From positions 52,142,001 through 52,206,000 of the forward strand of contig NC_043015.1 in assembly GCF_006345805.1 (NCBI RefSeq): a DNA stretch of 64,000 nt, written 5' to 3'. The position numbers and the translations under genes were made by a program. Source of the DNA: Octopus sinensis. Taxonomy: Eukaryota. Shown in pieces: positions 1 through 16,145 of this stretch; the first letter of the stretch is position 1; each line of letters starts with the position of its first letter. A model generated the notes under the pieces. It saw nothing but the letters and a program-made list of their open reading frames with translations, was not told where the DNA came from and did not search any database.

Positions 1-119
1 GAGCCTCGTGGAGATTTAGGTGTTTACTCTCAACAAACACTCACAACGCCCGTTCTAGGAATCGAAACTGCGAACCTCCCACCGCGAGTCCGCTGCCCTA
101 ACCACTGGGCCATTGTGGC

Positions 120-121
<2 letters not shown>
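1..121 (-). mobile_element. tRNA-derived SINE (family C), 5' head; truncated by the window edge
   Basis: The reverse complement reads agccacaatggcccagtggttagggcagcggactcgcgg...gtttcgattcctagaacgggcgttgtgag...ctccacgaggctc, with A-box-like TGGCCCAGTGG and B-box-like GTTTCGATTCC. It matches the copies at 18760 and 38760. Confidence 0.8.
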
Positions 122-165
<44 letters not shown>

Positions 166-303
166 TACACACACACGCATTTATATAAACTACTTTAACA
201 AGGAAAAGTTTGACGACTCTAAACCGAAACTTCGATAGCTCTGTAAAGATTTCCCTTCTGAAGGATAATAGATAAATAAATATATATATATAACAGTACC
301 CTT

Positions 304-1310
304 TCTTCGGAAACTCAAATACTAAGTGGTGTCTCCCAGGGAACTGTTCTGGGGCCATTACTGTTCCTAAAAGCCCTCTTAGACATGCACACAGTCACAC
401 GAGGAGCCACTGTCAATTGCTGTGCCGATGATACAAAATTATCAAAGGTAATAAATGGCCAAGATGTTGTCAGAAGCTTACAGCAGGATCAAAATTCAAT
501 ACACAAATGGGCCGAAATAAAACAACATGCAGTTTTATGCTGGAAAATTTCAAGCACTACACTATCAACTTACGAATACAGTACAATCATCATATACAAG
601 ACCGGAAGGCACTGCAATCCCTGAGTCACAGGTAGGGAAAAACTTGGGGATCAGTATGTGCAATGACTCATCATTTTATATGCACATTAGCAAGATGGCA
701 GCAAAGTGCAAACAACTCGCAGGATAGATACTGAGGTCATTCAAGACAAGAGACTCAGAAACTATTTTGGATCTGTGGAGAATCTTTGTCCTCAGCTGCC
801 TGGACTACTGTTCCCAGTTATGATCCCCACATAGTGCCAAACTAACAGCGGAGATTGAAGCAGTCCAATGACACTATACTGAAGATATTGAAACAGTGCA
901 GCAGATGAGCTATAGGGTAGGCTGAGAAAACTACAGCTTTGCTCCCTGGAGCGAAGACGTGAGAGATGTGCAATAACATACATATTGAAGGCTAGTCCTA
1001 GAAGGGCTAGTACCTAGCTTCAGTATTGAGTGTTATGGAAATGACAGAACTGGCGGCCATTGTGTTGTAGCAAAGGTACGATCAACATCTAAATTCAGGA
1101 CCAGGTACTGCAAAAGTCTAGGGTTCAAAGGCCCACAGCTCTTCAATGCCCTACCACAAAAATTGAGAAATTTGGCTGAGGTGGAAGTAGATGTCTTCAA
1201 AAAGGAACTAGACATCATCCTCTTCACAATACCGGATGAACCAAAAGCCCGACATGAGGTACAGACGTGGGCAGCGGACTCAAACTCCCTTACACGTGAA
1301 ATATACCAAG
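304..1310 (+). mobile_element. Decayed CR1/L2-group LINE: RT C-terminal half and 3' region
   Basis: Translation across frameshifts and stops gives SGVSQGTVLGPLLF, CADDTKL (YADD motif), MQF..GKFQ.LH, K.LGI, LDYCSQL, EIEAVQ, SLERRRER and FKGPQLFNALP, which are typical of the ORF2 end of the CR1/L2/Crack group. Confidence 0.85.
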
Positions 1311-1449
1311 AGCCGGGACAAAGCCACATACAGGAGTAGTGGTGTGAAACACCCAGACTACGGAAGTCAGAAAGACCATGTTGGTGCTCCAGCATGACCA
1401 CAGGCGCTTGGCTGAAAAGAGTGAATGAGTAAAAGAATAAAAGAGATAT

Positions 1450-1526
1450 GCATGTTTATATATGTGTATGTGTATGTATATATATATGTATGCATATATA
1501 CATATATATATATGCATATATGTATG

Positions 1527-1561
<35 letters not shown>

Positions 1562-1667
1562 ATATATATATATAATATATATGCATGTATGTATATATGT
1601 ATGTGTATATAAATATGTATATATATATACATACATACATATATATATACATATACATATATATATA

Positions 1668-1708
<41 letters not shown>

Positions 1709-1787
1709 TGTGCGTCTGTATGTGTGCTTATATCTTTGCCTATTTACATATATGTTGCATGACCATATACGCGTGTGAGTGTGTGTG

Positions 1788-1830
<43 letters not shown>
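1450..1830. repeat. Compound (TA)n/(TATG)n microsatellite following a SINE family A 3' end (about 1370-1445)
   Basis: Seen directly. It is preceded by ggtgctccagcatgaccac...gagtaaaagaataaaagag. Confidence 0.95.
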
Positions 1831-1837
<7 letters not shown>

Positions 1838-1989
1838 CCACTGTTGTTGCGAACCAGCGTATTTCTCGGTCAGAAATGCTACGCTGAAATGTCGCATATT
1901 CAATGTATTGACCCAAATCTGAAAGTGTGTGGGCGGGAAAAAAAACCCTTCTTCTTTTCTATGTACTTTTGACTTTGACATTTTCAATG

Positions 1990-3485
<1,496 letters not shown>

Positions 3486-3909
3486 ATCACTGTTCTGATA
3501 ATCGCCAGCTTTAATAAAACCGATGACGTGAATAAACAATCAGACATTATTCGTATACATCAATAGATAAGGTTTGCCTCTCATAGATTACAATGAACGC
3601 TATAAATCTAGGGATCACGATATATAAGGAGCTCGATATAAAAAACAAGGGTTATATAGAAATAGAGTTGATAGAGGAGAACGTTTTGTTGTTCAATGAT
3701 TTCTCAATCCGTTTAGAAGTCTCTAAGTTTAGATTGGAGGAGATAAGTCGATAGGTTAAATAGGAAATTGGTTACAGTGGGAGTTGAACGGACAAGGTTA
3801 GGTGAGTTTGTTTCTCTCCAATGGAAATTAAAAATATTGAATTCTGTTTTTTTTTAATATCAGTGGAGGCTAAATTCCAAAGCAAGCAATTGCTGTCGGA
3901 GACTTGTTA

Positions 3910-3942
3910 CTGATGATGTGCAAAGACGCAGAAACCTAGATT
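3910..3942 (+). ncRNA. Degenerate hammerhead-like motif (PLE-terminus type)
   Basis: CTGATGA-tgtg(caaaga)cgca-GAAAC-ctag-att: intact core boxes and a 4-bp stem II. Stem III would be palindromic (AACCTAGGTT) but for one G>A change. Confidence 0.4.
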
Positions 3943-4003
3943 GCTTGACACTTCTCGTCTGTTGGTGATACACTAAAAGACACTCTGCCACGAAACGAAT
4001 ACC

Positions 4004-4217
4004 TATTTCTTTATTACCCACAAGGGGCTAAACATAGAGGGGACAAACATGGACAAACATAGGTATTAAGTCGATTACATCGACCCCAGTGCATAACTGG
4101 TACTTAATTTATCGAACCCGAAAGGATGAAAGGCAAAGTCGACCTCGGCGGAATTTGAACTCAGAACGTAGCGGCAGACGAAATACCACAAAGCATTTCG
4201 CCCGGCGTGCTAACGCT
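4004..4217 (-). mobile_element. SINE family B (long-tail variant) with a 20-bp target-site duplication
   Basis: tRNA-like head with GAGTTCAAAT B-box, central gcctttcatcc(t)ttcgggttcgataaattaagtaccag and end aaagaaata. The direct repeat tctgccacgaaacgaatacc lies at 3984-4003 and 4218-4237. Confidence 0.9.
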
Positions 4218-4749
4218 TCTGCCACGAAACGAATACCACTGTTTTGTGGCTTTCTTCAGTACATCCGTATTAACTAAATTTTACAGAACTCTATTTTGAA
4301 CTCATAAAACATCCATCATTTATAATAAATTTAATCCCAGCCTGCAATCATTTACGACATCAGTGATTTGTTAATAACTGTCTTTCTACGAGTCGATGCT
4401 AAATTTATAGAAACGTGCGGCTGCTGGTGGATACTTGCTACTGACGAAGCGCAAGGACATAGAAATCTACATTAAGAAACTCCATCACCACTGCTGAGCA
4501 TACATTTACACACAGACACACACACACACACACACATAGTTTCATCGTCATCATTATCATCGTCATCATTATCATCATCATCATTATCATCGTCATCATC
4601 ATCATTCTCACCATCAAAAGTAGACGTACAAGCAAAAATACATATGTATGAGTGTGATTACGGGTTTGGGTTTATAAATATGCATCAAGGGTTTATACAT
4701 ATGCATCAAGGGTCGACAATAGGAAGCATGTGGCAAATAAAGAAATCAG

Positions 4750-4897
4750 TAGTAGTAGTGTAGTAGTAGTAGTAGTAGTAGTAGTAGTAATAGTAGTAGT
4801 AGAAATAATAGTAGTAGTAGTGGTAGTAGTAGTAGTTGTTGTAGTGGTAGCTGTAGCAGCAACAATGATAGTAGTAGCAACAGCAACTCTAGCAGTT

Positions 4898-4928
<31 letters not shown>

Positions 4929-4949
4929 TAGCAGCAGCAGTAGTAGTAA

Positions 4950-4985
<36 letters not shown>

Positions 4986-5059
4986 CAGTATCAGTAGTAG
5001 TAGTAGTGGTAGCTGTAGCAGTAACAGTAATAGTAGTAGCAACAGCAACTCTAGCAGTT

Positions 5060-5093
<34 letters not shown>

Positions 5094-5094
5094 C

Positions 5095-5144
<50 letters not shown>

Positions 5145-5160
5145 CAGCAGCAGCAGCAGC
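4750..5160. repeat. (GTA)n/(GCA)n array with an internal 162-bp higher-order duplication
   Basis: The block gtagtggtagctgtagcag...gcaacagcaactctagcagttgcagc starts at both 4841 and 5003. Confidence 0.9.
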
Positions 5161-5467
5161 GGCATCTGTCCGCAGTGTTCTGCATCAGATTCTCCTCTCT
5201 ATCTCCATCTGCATACCCATGCTCCTGAGTTTCCGGTGCGAAGTACAAAATGCTATTTGCGTGGTTTGTTACGTACAATAAAGATAACCAGACAGTAAAA
5301 ACAATACAAACGACAAACAAATCTCTTTATGAACCAACAATCAATATTCCTCGTGAAATAAACCAACCGACACCTTCCGACTTCATTGCGAACTAACGCG
5401 AACTTCACTCAACTCCGAACTCCGGACACTCAAACACATTCAGTTCGTTATTATTTATGCTTTACTA

Positions 5468-5690
5468 AGGCAGCGAGCTGGTCGAATCATTAGCATACCA
5501 GGCCGAATGCTTAGCGGTATTTCGTATGCCACTTAGTTCAAATTCCACCGAGGGCGACTTTGCTTTTCATCCTTTTGGGAGTCGATAAATTAAGTACCAG
5601 TGAAACACTGATTCTATGTAATCGACTCATCCCCTGCTCTAAATTTCGCGCCTAGTGTCTATAGTACAAAGGATTATTATTATGATTATC
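5468..5690 (+). mobile_element. SINE family B (short-tail variant ending aaaggattatt)
   Basis: ggcagcgagctggtcgaatcattagc...agttcaaattcc...gtcgataaattaagtaccag..., running into (ATT)n. Confidence 0.8.
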
Positions 5691-5745
5691 ATTATTGCTA
5701 TTGTTGTTGTTCTTGTTATTGTTGTTGTTCTTGTTATTGTTGTTC

Positions 5746-5825
<80 letters not shown>

Positions 5826-6335
5826 GAGTGAGAGAGCAGTTCATGCCATCAAAGTGACACTGGGGTAAAATATACGAAGCCCAATATACCCATCATGACT
5901 ACCCGTCTGATAAAGGTACACCATGCACATGCATCACAACCATATGTGCGCGACATGGTGATCTCATATCAAGATAAACAGCACATGACCTTGCAGGTGG
6001 GGCCCAGTTTGAATTTTCTTCAGGTTGAGTAGCCCATCCCGCTCAAACGGTCCCCGAATAAGGGTTGTTTAAGGATGTTGAAAGAACCACCCATGTTTCC
6101 AGAGGTGAACTATTCAAACCCCAAAGCATCCCTCTCAACACATGGCTATGATGCTCCCCCACTACTTCTGCTCGTGATCAGAGATGCACATATCGTCAGC
6201 ACTAAGGGACATGCTCAACTGGTTAAGGTCAAACAACTGACAAGCAAATCTGTGGTATTGAGCAGAATATTTGCTGTAGCCCATCTTTTATACCAAGACA
6301 AAACACTGTACATGATAACACTTCCAATCAGTTAA
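5826..6335 (-). mobile_element. (TAA)n-associated non-coding retroelement, copy 1 (5'-truncated)
   Basis: Near-identical to 6934-7472 and to the reverse complement of 20439-21007. It ends ...ctctctcactc(AAT)n and has (ATT)n on both sides. Confidence 0.8.
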
Positions 6336-6340
6336 TATTA

Positions 6341-6378
<38 letters not shown>

Positions 6379-6404
6379 TTATTATTATTATTACTATTAT
6401 TAAA

Positions 6405-6650
6405 AGGGCGATGAGCTGTCAGATATTTTAGCACGCCAGACAAAATGTCTAGTGGCATTTCGTCAGTCTTTACGATCCGAGTTCAAATACCACCGAGGTC
6501 AACTAACTTTGGTTTCATGCTTTCGGCAACAATAAATTAAACACCAGTAGATCACTGTGGTTGATTTAACCGAATAGTCCTCTCCCTCACCAAAAAAGAA
6601 AGAAAAATCAGGCATCGTGTTTATAGCAAAAGGGATTGTTATTTCTACTA
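6405..6650 (+). mobile_element. Degenerate SINE family B
   Basis: gggcgatgagctgtcag...tagcacgcc...gagttcaaatac...aaattaaacaccag, in an (ATT)n context. Confidence 0.6.
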
Positions 6651-6683
6651 ATTATTATTATTATTATTATCATTATTATTATA

Positions 6684-6800
6684 TTTTTTCTTCTTCTTTC
6701 AAATTTGCTTCCATTTCTTGCCGAGTGTCTTCCCGACTCCTAGGGCAAAGAAACTCATAGTATACATTGGTAGGCCATCAAACTAAACTCAATAGTTCGT
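6684..6800 (-). mobile_element. 3' UTR fragment of a second R4/Dong-type family
   Basis: Similar to 7512-7600 (ttc..aaattt...cctagggca.agaa.ctcat.gtatacatt) and ends in (AAT)n on the minus strand. Confidence 0.6.
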
Positions 6801-6877
6801 TCATTTTTTTTTTTTTAAAGTTAAATTAAAATACATGGGTAGTAATAGTTCTTTATTATTATTACTACCCATGTATT

Positions 6878-6913
<36 letters not shown>

Positions 6914-6933
6914 CTATTATTATTATTATTATT

Positions 6934-7472
6934 GAGTGAGAGAGCAGTTCATGCCATCATAGTGACACTGGGGTAAAATATACGAAGCCCAATATACCCA
7001 TCATGACTACCCGTCTGATAAAGGTACACCAGGCACATGCATCACAACCATATGTGCGCGACATGGTGATCTCATATCAAGATAAACAGCACATGACCTT
7101 GCAGGTGGGGCCCAGTTAGAATTTTCTTCAGGTTGAGTAGCCCATCCCGCTCAAACGGTCCCCGAATAAGGGTTGCTTTAGGATGTTGAACGAAACACCT
7201 ATGTTTCCAGAGGTGAATTATTCAAACCCCAAAGAATCCCTCTCAACACATGGCCATGATGCTCCCCCACTACTTCTGCTCGTGATCAGAGATGCACATA
7301 TCGTCAGCCACTAAGGGACATGCTCAACTGGTTAAGGTCAAACAACTGACAAGCAAATCTGTGGTATTGAGCAGAATATTTGCTGTAGCCCATCTTTTAT
7401 ACCCAGACAAAACAATGTACATGATAACACTTCCAATCAGTTAAGATCAGAAGCCATGAGAGCCATTGCCTG
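6934..7472 (-). mobile_element. (TAA)n-associated non-coding retroelement, copy 2
   Basis: Same family as 5826-6335, with scattered differences that suggest an independent insertion. Flanked by (ATT)n. Confidence 0.8.
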
Positions 7473-7511
7473 TATTATATTATTATTATTATTATTGTTA
7501 TTATTACTATT

Positions 7512-10150
<2,639 letters not shown>

Positions 10151-10756
10151 ATTATGTTTGAAATAAGAGACAGTGTTTTATTATTTTTTCATAATCCCCT
10201 TTTCGCAAATATTCGGTCGGTTTTCGAATCAGATCTCTCTGAAATTTTATGCGCTCGCTCTATTATCATCAGAAACACATACAATATCAAACCTTAACCA
10301 CAACTACCACCACCACCAACACCAACACCAACGCCAGCACCACAACCACAACCACGACTACACCCACAACTTCAACAGGGAAGCCGAAACAGTAGGCGAG
10401 TGTCGCGTGTGGAATGGTGTGTTGAATAAAAGCGCATCGTGTAATTAAGCAAGGAAACTTTATTTGTAATCTGACGTTAATCGCGTGATGTTTCGCCCAG
10501 CTGTAAGGGGAGTTTCTCGTTAGAATATTCAGCTCGGGAAATAATTTATTTTAACTGTCGTAGCATTTTGAATGTCATCGTTTCATCGTTTTGTTTTTAG
10601 CCCGTTCGAATATTTTTGTCGGCGAAAAAACCAACCTAGTTATTGTATTTAACTGTATCATTATTTTTTTGTTATGCCTTCAACAAAAATGATAATATAA
10701 TTTGCTTTAGCCTATATTTACCACACGCACATAAACACACACGCGCACACTGGGAG

Positions 10757-10803
<47 letters not shown>

Positions 10804-11124
10804 TGTCTGTGTACGCACAAACTTATACATTCATGGACATATGTACACATTAACTTATATACACATCCTTTGTAGGCCCATTTTTCTGTTCACATACGTA
10901 TACAGTTACATGTATATCTACGCACATACACACAAACACACACACGCATATGTAACCACACACACATATGTGTATATATAATTATATATTTTTTGTAATG
11001 TGTAGAGATGGCTGTTTTGGTGGGTGGGAAAATTTTTGTTTTAATCTGAATAATAATGTTTACAGTGAGCTTCCTTGAAATTCAAAACACATATCAGAGC
11101 AACTCACTGTAAATATTCATTTCT

Positions 11125-11778
11125 ACTCTAGGCACAGAGAGCAAAAGTTTTGGTGAAGGAGCTAGTCGATTAGATCGACACCAGTATAAAACTGGGACTT
11201 AATTTATCGACCCGGAAAGGATGAAAGGCAAAGTCAACCTCGGAAGAGCGTAAAGACAGACGAAATACCGCTAAGCGTTTTGCCGGCGTACTAACGTTTC
11301 TTATTTCTTTACTGCCCACAAGGGGCTACAAACAGAGGGGACAAACAAAGACAGACAAACGGATTAAGTCGATTATATCGACCCCAGTGCGTAAATGGTA
11401 CTTATTTAATTGACTCCGAAAGAATGAAAGGCAAAATCGACCTCAGCGGAATTTGTACATAGAATGTAGCGGCAGACGAAATACCTCCAAGCATCTCGCC
11501 CAGCGTACAAACGTTTCATATTTCTTTATTGCCCACAAGAGGATAAACATAGAGAGGACAAACAAGGACAGACAAAGGGATTAAACAAGGACAAACAAGG
11601 ACAGACAAAGGCATTACATCGATCCCAGTGCTTAACTGGTACTTAATTTATCGACCTCGAAATGATGAATGGCAAAGTCGACCTCGGCGGAATTTGAACT
11701 CAGAACGTAAAGGCAGACGAAATACCGATAAGCATTTCACCCTGCGTGCTAATGTTTCTGTCAGCTCGCCGCCTTAAC
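11125..11778 (-). mobile_element. Head-to-tail stack of three SINE family B copies
   Basis: Three repeats of the central and head region. Joins at about 11300 and 11519 read, in SINE sense, aaagaaata(a/t)|gaaacgtt, entering the head of the next copy. Confidence 0.85.
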
Positions 11779-12165
11779 TCACTATAAATATTATTATTAA
11801 GATTAAAATAAAAATTCCGACCCACTCCAAAAAAGCCATCTCTAGTCATTTTTTTTCATATATAATATTGTACCACGAACTTTCTTTTTATCATTCAACT
11901 ATAAATATATATACATGGGTTTTAAACCCCACTTCTGCTTTGTATTTCTACACCTAACCTAGAATAAGAAAAGAATCAGATCTACGGCTCAAATTGTATC
12001 AGCTAATTACATATCTACAGTCTCCTACAAACATATGATACCTTCACCTTTTTCTACCTTAGTGAGAACTCTATGGTATTGTACCAGCCATATCTGGCGT
12101 CGTACGAATTGATGTACCTTGATTCCGATTGATCTTATGTAATCAAATATATGTATGTGTCTGTA

Positions 12166-12217
<52 letters not shown>

Positions 12218-12562
12218 CTCGAATATACATATATATATTCTCTTATTCTTTTACTTGTTTCGGCTATTTCACTGCGGCCGCACACACACACACACACAGA
12301 CACACACACACACCCATATCTATACACACACAGTGTTAGATAGATAGATAGATACACATGCTTATACCTACCCATGTCCATACGTATATATCTGCATATA
12401 TATATATAAATACATATATAGATATAAATATACATTTCTGTATATGTGCATGTGATTCACGTGATTGCACAGGTCAGCAAGTAGAAATGAAGAGTATGCG
12501 CTTGCGTATGTACATGATTGTGTATGTCTGAGTATACGTATATATATATATATATTATATAT

Positions 12563-12619
<57 letters not shown>

Positions 12620-13899
12620 GTAGTTCAAGCTAAGTACAACACTCCATTATAATTTACATAATTCAATTTCTTTCCAACCGACTGGATGAGTTTGGCATTA
12701 TAGTCACTTTTAGCGGTTATAAATGACTTCATCTCTACTGAAGATGCTGCATTAAGGCACTTTCTAACACACAGTTCATTTAAACGAACCTCTCTCATAT
12801 AGCAAAATTAACTGTGATCTATAAACGACTAATATAGAAAGAATTGTCTCCCCTTACCGATCTTTTACTACTTGGTAATTAACTGCATCTTGTCTAGGGG
12901 ATATATTAATTTAATTATACTCAGAGAAATATAAGTATTATTGTTGTTGTTGGTGTTATTGATTAGGTGGTGCTGGTGGTCGTTGTTCTGTCCCTTTCTG
13001 GTCAAATCTCGTCTAAAACAAACTCTGGTCAAAATTTTTCCAGCCTGCAATCAGCCGTCAAATGTAGACAGTGACGATTTATCAAATAATATGAGTAAAA
13101 TCACTACACGTGTTTTTTGGAATGAAGAGAAGTGCATTATAGTGAACAACCTTCTTGGAACACCACAGTATACAAATATATAGGAATCGGAGTTTCTACC
13201 CGGTGTCTACGTTTTGATAAGTCTTTGCTGAAATTTGTGGAAGCCATTTTTACCGCTGAATAAATCAACGACCCAAGACCATTCGTTCGTGTGATAGATA
13301 GACAAACATGCAAATGGAGACAGACAGATAGAAAGACAGACAGAAAAACAGAGTGACAGACAGATAGATGATATCATTCTCTCTTTCTCACTCTTTCTCT
13401 CTTTATACATATTTTTTTCTCGTGAACTATTTGCCCCGTATTGAAATTATTTTCACACTGATGGCTGCCATGACTTCGGCACAACCGAATCAGTCGCAGC
13501 GCAGACTTCAACATGAAGGGTTGGGAGTTTTTATCATGGTAATGCGTGCTGAGGAAGCTGAGGCTGTTTTTGCCAGTGCAGAAATAAGTCCACGTAAATA
13601 CGTTGGGAGATTATCTTAGCCCGTTTGACTTCGGACGGTTGAGGATTTCTATGTAATTAGGTGATTTAAATAAGTAGTTTGACTGATATTTCCAGCAGAT
13701 ATACATACTTAGTAGGTCCTTTGATTAATTTTAATCCTTCAGCTATTTAATGCTTTGTTTGGTTCCGCAATTACCTATATTACTCATTGTGTTATTAATT
13801 ACACTAGATAATAACAGAGTTAATGATATCTTTGCAGATTATTTTTTTCGTGAATTTTTCTCGTGAACTATTTCCTCCGTATGTATGTATGTATGTATG

Positions 13900-13935
<36 letters not shown>

Positions 13936-13946
13936 ATATTATATAT

Positions 13947-13979
<33 letters not shown>

Positions 13980-14059
13980 GCATGCATGTATGTATGTATG
14001 TATGTATGTATGTATGTATGTATGTATGTATTGAGAGATAGGTACAAAATATAAATATA

Positions 14060-14462
14060 TAGGCGCAGGTGTAGCTCTGTGGTAAGTAGCTTGCTTACCA
14101 ACCACGTGGTTCCGGGTTCAGTCCCACTGAGTGGCACCTTGGGCAAGTGTCTTCTACTATATCCTCGGGTCGACCAAAGCCTTGTGATCGGCTTTTGCAG
14201 ACGGAAACCGAAAGAAGCCCTTCGAATATATGTATATATATATATATATGTGCGTGTATATGTTTGTGTCTGTTTTTCCACCCAACATCGCTTGACAACC
14301 GTTGGTGGTGTGTTTACGTCCCCGTAAATATAGTAGGGACCGATAGAAATAAGTGCTAGGCTTACAAAAAATAAGTTCTTGGGTCGATTTGCTCGATTAA
14401 AGGCGGTGCTCCAGCATGACCGCAGTCAAATGACTGAAACAAGTAAAAGAGTAAGAGTGAAA
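14060..14462 (+). mobile_element. Full-length SINE family A: tRNA head, CORE-like segment, internal microsatellite and conserved 3' half
   Basis: aggcgcaggtgtagctctgtggtaag (A-box-like) ... gggttcagtcc (B-box-like). The segment gtggcaccttgggcaagtgtc resembles the CORE-SINE gaccttgggcaagtcac motif. Internal (TA)n; ends ggtgctccagcatgaccgcagtcaaatgactgaaacaagtaaaagag. Confidence 0.9.
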
Positions 14463-14522
14463 GTATATACGGTAGATAGATATTTAGACAGACAAACGAC
14501 AGACAGACAGATACATACATAG

Positions 14523-14553
<31 letters not shown>

Positions 14554-15441
14554 CATACATACATACATACATACATACATACATGCATGCATACATACAG
14601 ACAGACAGAGCGAGACAGAGACACAAAGAAATACAGGATATATTTATTTAGAATAGAGACAAGTAATTGGCAAGAGCTACTTTCTTCGAAAATCTGCCAT
14701 TTGCAATTTAAAGGATTGTTTGGTTGACAAAGATTCTCTGTAGCAGATATCTGATTATCAACTCCCCGAGCTCCAATACAGAACTACATCGAGTTCTGTG
14801 TGTCCCAGCAGCAAAAAGCACTATTGGATCTAATCCAATAATCAATTAGGGCTTATCCATTGGACCGCGGTCTCATAGCAGCATCTATAGTTAAAGAGAC
14901 CCAAAGGGTAGTTTCGCATTAAATTCTAGAGCCTCAAAATTGAAGAAACCTGTCACATGATTTACTGAGGTATCCTGCAGACGCTTATTGTATGAGAGGA
15001 ATATCATCTGGGGAGGATGTTCCTCTACTTTCAATGCCATTGTTGTAAGCCAACATTCCATTACCCTAAAAGAAAGCGAATGTACAATTAATCAATACGT
15101 CTACACATACACACACACACGCGTGCCCGCTCACACACAGACACAAACATATATGCGTACGAACTCAAAGCTTTGTGCAGGCTTGCATGCACACGCATGA
15201 TGACAAAGAAACACATGTACACGCGCAAACGTGCGCGTTCACTAACACAGTCACAGATGCATTAGGGAAAGGAAAGACACTATTCTTATAGAATGACGTG
15301 CATTTATTTACATACATATATATGTGCATACATACACACGCACGCACACACATATAATGTATATATACTCTTTTACTCTTTTACTTGTTTCAGCCATCCG
15401 GCTGAGGCCATGCTGGGGCACCGCCCTTTGCCCTATATATA

Positions 15442-15477
<36 letters not shown>

Positions 15478-15748
15478 TGTATGTATGTATATATTTATAT
15501 ATATATATATATGAATATTAATGACGTATATATATTTATGTATGTATGTATGTATGTATGTGTGTGCATGTGTGTGTATGTATGTATATGTGTATATATA
15601 GGCAATTTTTTCTTCGCCAGATGATATTCCACAGAACGTAAAGGCGGGCGAAATGCCGTTGAGCTTTTTTGTTCGCGTTCTAACTGTTCTGCCAACTTTT
15701 CGCCTTAACAACAGCAACAACAACTACAACAACAACTACAAAAACATC

Positions 15749-15779
<31 letters not shown>

Positions 15780-15935
15780 TCAACAACAGCAATATGTTCT
15801 GTACCAGATTCCTCGAGCCGCACACGTGCTGGTCAGAGTACACCGAGAGCGCATCAGTTTCTGCTGAGATTATCTTGAATAAATAGCACGCTCTGCCCTT
15901 ACTTGACACGAAAAGATCTATCTATACTATCTTCG

Positions 15936-16145
15936 AATATAATAAAAGGCTCCCAAATAAGGAAGCTAAGTGCTAGAGACACAAAAAGGGATAAATTCGT
16001 GGAGAGAGTGAAAATCAAAAACATTTACCAATAACGGTATATATCGTTAATGGTAAATGTTTTTGATTTTCACTCTCTCCACGAATTTATCCCTTTTTGT
16101 GTCTCTAGCACTTAGCTTCCTTATTTGGGAGCCTTTTATTATATT
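15936..16145. repeat. 210-bp near-perfect palindrome with 95-bp perfect arms
   Basis: 15936-16030 is the exact reverse complement of 16051-16145, checked block by block. The 20-bp centre is also self-complementary except for one A/A mismatch and one G/T pair. Confidence 0.97.

Noticed and set aside
12941-13183. 80-aa ORF containing KITTRVFWNEEKCIIVNNL, faintly like the mariner VFWD..G.I motif
   Set aside because: A single weak motif, with no TIRs or other transposase motifs nearby.
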